Made by a program: the position numbers and the translations under genes
Shown here: positions 60,990 to 64,000 of the stretch, in pieces
Layout: every line of letters begins with the position of its first letter
Numbering within the stretch: the first letter of the stretch is position 1
Notes under the pieces: generated by a model
The model's database searches: none
What the model saw: only the letters and a program-made list of their open reading frames with translations
Told to the model about the DNA's origin: nothing
From: the human T2T-CHM13v2.0 reference genome, Homo sapiens
Assembly (NCBI RefSeq): GCF_009914755.1
Contig: NC_060927.1
Length of the DNA stretch: 64,000 nt
Reading direction: 5' to 3' (one strand)

Positions 60990-61530
60990 ATAGTGTTTGT
61001 CTCTGCAGCACCCATTACTCCTTCTCTGGCACATGCCCCATCTTGTTTTGTGAATTCACTCCTCTACATACAATGGCTAGTCCCCAGGCTCCTGGTGGGT
61101 TCCACCCTGGCTCAGTGGCTCTGGCCCCATACAATCTGTGCATCACTTCCTCAGCCACAGTGATTGGTTCGAGGATTATCACATACCTGAGGTCTAGCCA
61201 ATCAGAAATTACAACAATTCCAGGTCTTTGTGTTGTCTTTGCCCCCAGGGACTTTGAGCTGGGAAGATATAGTGTTGATACCTCTATAGTCCTCCCTTCG
61301 CCCCAAAAGAAGAGCCTGCCTGAGAATGGAGCCAGTACAGAAGGTGTAGACCCCATAGAAGGAGTAAGAGACATCCGTGCCAGTGACATCATTTGACCCT
61401 GAAGGCAGATCCATACCTTTTAAATTATGTGAGCAAAAGAATAACAAAATAAAATAATTAAAAGTTGTTAAAAATCCCTTCTAGGTTAGGTTAGGTTTTC
61501 TGTCACATGCAACTAAAAGGGTCCTACACA
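60990..61530 (+). mobile_element. Old MaLR LTR (MLT1K/L-like)
   Basis: gccacagtgattggttc...tagccaatcagaa...gagcctgcctgagaatggagcca...ggttttctgtcacatgcaactaaaagggtcct. Confidence 0.75.
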
Positions 61531-62059
61531 ATAGTTATTCCAAGTCTGTATGACAGACCAATTTACATATATTTCTAATTGAATTTTTAAAAGAACTTAC
61601 GCACATATGTAAAACACAGTGCAGTCAGTGTGGAGATCACAAGATACTTGCCTTTGACTGGCTTATACATACAAATGCCTGGCTCTGTGCCTGCGTGGAA
61701 ACCCGGTCGCCTGCTTCCCTCCACATCCTCCACAGGGTCTGAGCTGCAACCAAGCTGTCTTGTGCTAACACTGCTACCCTGTGGCCAAGGGCTGACTCAA
61801 CGTCCTTCCCACGCCTTTCTTCACTGTGTCCCAGGAGGAAATTATCATCATCTGTAACCTCGTAGATCTTTTTATATATATAGTCATCTCAGCTCAATCC
61901 AGGCAATTTGGTAAGTTGTGGTTTGCTTTAGGAGCTCCCTTCATCTTCTCCTATCCTCACCTCTGCCCCTATCTGTTCCCTAGACAGTGTCATTTTGAGC
62001 CACCTTCTGGGCTAGGCTCCCATGGCTTAGAGCTCAAACTGCTGTCTCCCCTTTCAAAC

Positions 62060-62780
62060 AAGTATATTGTAATGGTTCCTTTTCTCTCCAGAAATCAAAT
62101 TCTGCATAATATTATCTACTTGCAACCCATAATTTAAACAAAACAACATAATTCCCCAGTTGTCGTATTAAAGTGAAATAATAAGAAAAATAACCTGTGA
62201 GAAAATAACATGTATTTCGTTACATAAATGCTTGATTAAGACTACTCCAAAAGGGAGGATAAAGTTGTCAAATGATTGCGCCTGTTTAATAATGAATACA
62301 TGTAGATTTAAGAGAAATAAGACACTCTAACTGAATAATGTGACCCTTTGAAATAAAGGGCTAAAAATATACATTTATACATATGCATAGAGTTCACCAC
62401 GAATACAACAACGGCAAACACAGACAGACACAGGGATGGTTCATAGGTTACTGGGGGCTGCAGGTGATTTTCTGAAAGAGTGAAGCATTCTTGGAAAAGT
62501 CCTAGGAATAGAAAGCATAGCTATCCTTGGATACCTGCTATCATACCTGGTAAGTTCATGTGCGTTAAAAAACCTTGCAAATAATAAAGCTACTCTGTTT
62601 AAATGGAAAATTGAGTGAAACTCTGGACACTGGTCATCATAGGTCCAATGTCCAGCATCCCAGGATGCTCTCTGCAAACTGGGAGTAGCTCCACCTGCCA
62701 ACCACTGGTCGGCATAGACACCCCATAAATGTCCACATGCCCCTGGGGCGATACAACTGCCTTTGAAAAGCTCTAGTCTA
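62060..62780. mobile_element. Degraded hAT/Charlie-like DNA transposon fragment
   Basis: Charlie-like motifs (aaataacatgtatttc; ggtgattttctgaaa...ttcttgg; aaatgtccacatgcccctggggc). Confidence 0.4.
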
Positions 62781-63689
62781 GAAAAGAGTCTGACAGCTGC
62801 AGGAACCACGGTGGACTCTGCGTAGCCATGGGCAGACTGCTCCCTGAGCCTCGGTTTTCTGCTCTGTAAAGTGGGGCTTTTTAATGTCAGGTAAGATGGT
62901 GCATTCACAGCAGGCAGGCACTCAGCAGACAGTTCTCCTCTTGTCTCTTCTGCGGTCCTCAGCCAGGCCCTCCATCCCCCGCCCTTCCTTGCACTCCAGG
63001 ATGCTGGGTATCAGGCCCTCCTAGCCCTGCCTGCTTTAGCAGCCTCCGTGGGTTGCCTCACATTGCTTCTAAGCTCCCTCATCCCCCGAAAGGCCAGTGT
63101 CATCATCCAGAAGCCTGAAGTGATCTCTAACGGTCTCTAGCTGTCTCCCTCCAGCATTGCCCGGACACCTGCTGTGTGTCCCAAAAGCCCAGTGAATATA
63201 TAACAGAAGTCACAGACTAGGGCTCAGATGCAAGGCTCAACACAGGCCCTGTGCTGTTTCAAGGCAGTATAGAGGGCTTCCTGGAGGATGAGGAACTGAG
63301 CAGGGCCCTGATGGTGAAGAGGGCTTAGGTGTGGAGTCTGAGAAGGACATTCTGGGAAGAAGTGTTGGAGCCAACATCTGAGAGGCTTGAACATGGAAGG
63401 GAATGGAAAATCACTCTGCTTACTACCTGCCTGTTTCAGGTGATAACCACTCCAATCTGCACTATTGCAACAATTCCTCCTGGCCCCAGCTGTGCCCCTC
63501 CAGTCCAGCCCTGACACTTTCTGCCAAGAGGAAATAGTCCCCAAATTCGCAGTTAACCTTGCTTGTCTAGACCCCGCTCAATCAGACCCTAAGTCGCTCC
63601 CATCTCTCGTTGGACACTCAGGTCCTTGGTGCCTTGGACCCACTGATTGTTCCAGATTCTACCCCATTACTTCCTGCCCTCACCTGCTA

Positions 63690-63900
63690 GTTTATTCATT
63701 TCTTCATTCAACAAATATTTACTGAGCACCTACTGTCTGCCAGACCCTGCTCTAGAGGCCAGGTATAGAGTAATGAATCTGAACAGACAGATTCCCCATC
63801 GCATGAAATTGATACTCCAGTTGGGAGATAGAAGATAAAGCAAACAAAAAAAAATAAGATTATGTGGAGTTAAGAGCAGACAAGAAAAATATAGCAGGAT
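63690..63900 (-). mobile_element. L2 3' end
   Basis: ttcattcaacaaatatttactgagcacctactgtctgccagaccctgctctag. Confidence 0.8.
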
Positions 63901-64000
63901 CAGGGAGCAGAATGTGAGAAAAGAGGTTTTAAAAATGTGTATTTTAAAATGTAAGGGTTTATCAGAAACGATTTTGTTTTTGCTGGTTTAAAGAATACAG

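Overview
Primate (most likely human) non-coding genomic DNA. I find no supportable protein-coding gene, RNA gene or CRISPR array. The main feature is a ~13.6 kb G-rich tandem array (921-14545) of about 225 diverged ~60-61 bp monomers, consensus GGGGTGGGGGCACRTGGAGGGAACTGAGGGGACCCCCRTGTGAGGAGGCTGGTCTACCATT. It sits between the 5' and 3' halves of one MLT1 (MaLR) solo LTR, and the monomer matches the missing middle of that LTR, so this appears to be a satellite born inside an LTR. The array shows recent exact monomer duplications, older multi-monomer block duplications, CpG decay of an ancestral CACGTG E-box, and a hairpin and G-quadruplex-like motif in each monomer. Bases 18.4-42.5 kb are a nested stack of minus-strand L1s, including a full-length decayed L1PA7-like element with TSDs, a full-length Tigger1, two AluSc and a locally templated inverted insertion. 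The right third is MIR/L2-rich sequence with a THE1 solo LTR, a candidate developmental enhancer, a probable ancient RTE-clade LINE fossil and a short L1PA insertion with an apparent 3' transduction. Repeat subfamily names come from recognition by eye and coordinates of old repeats are approximate.
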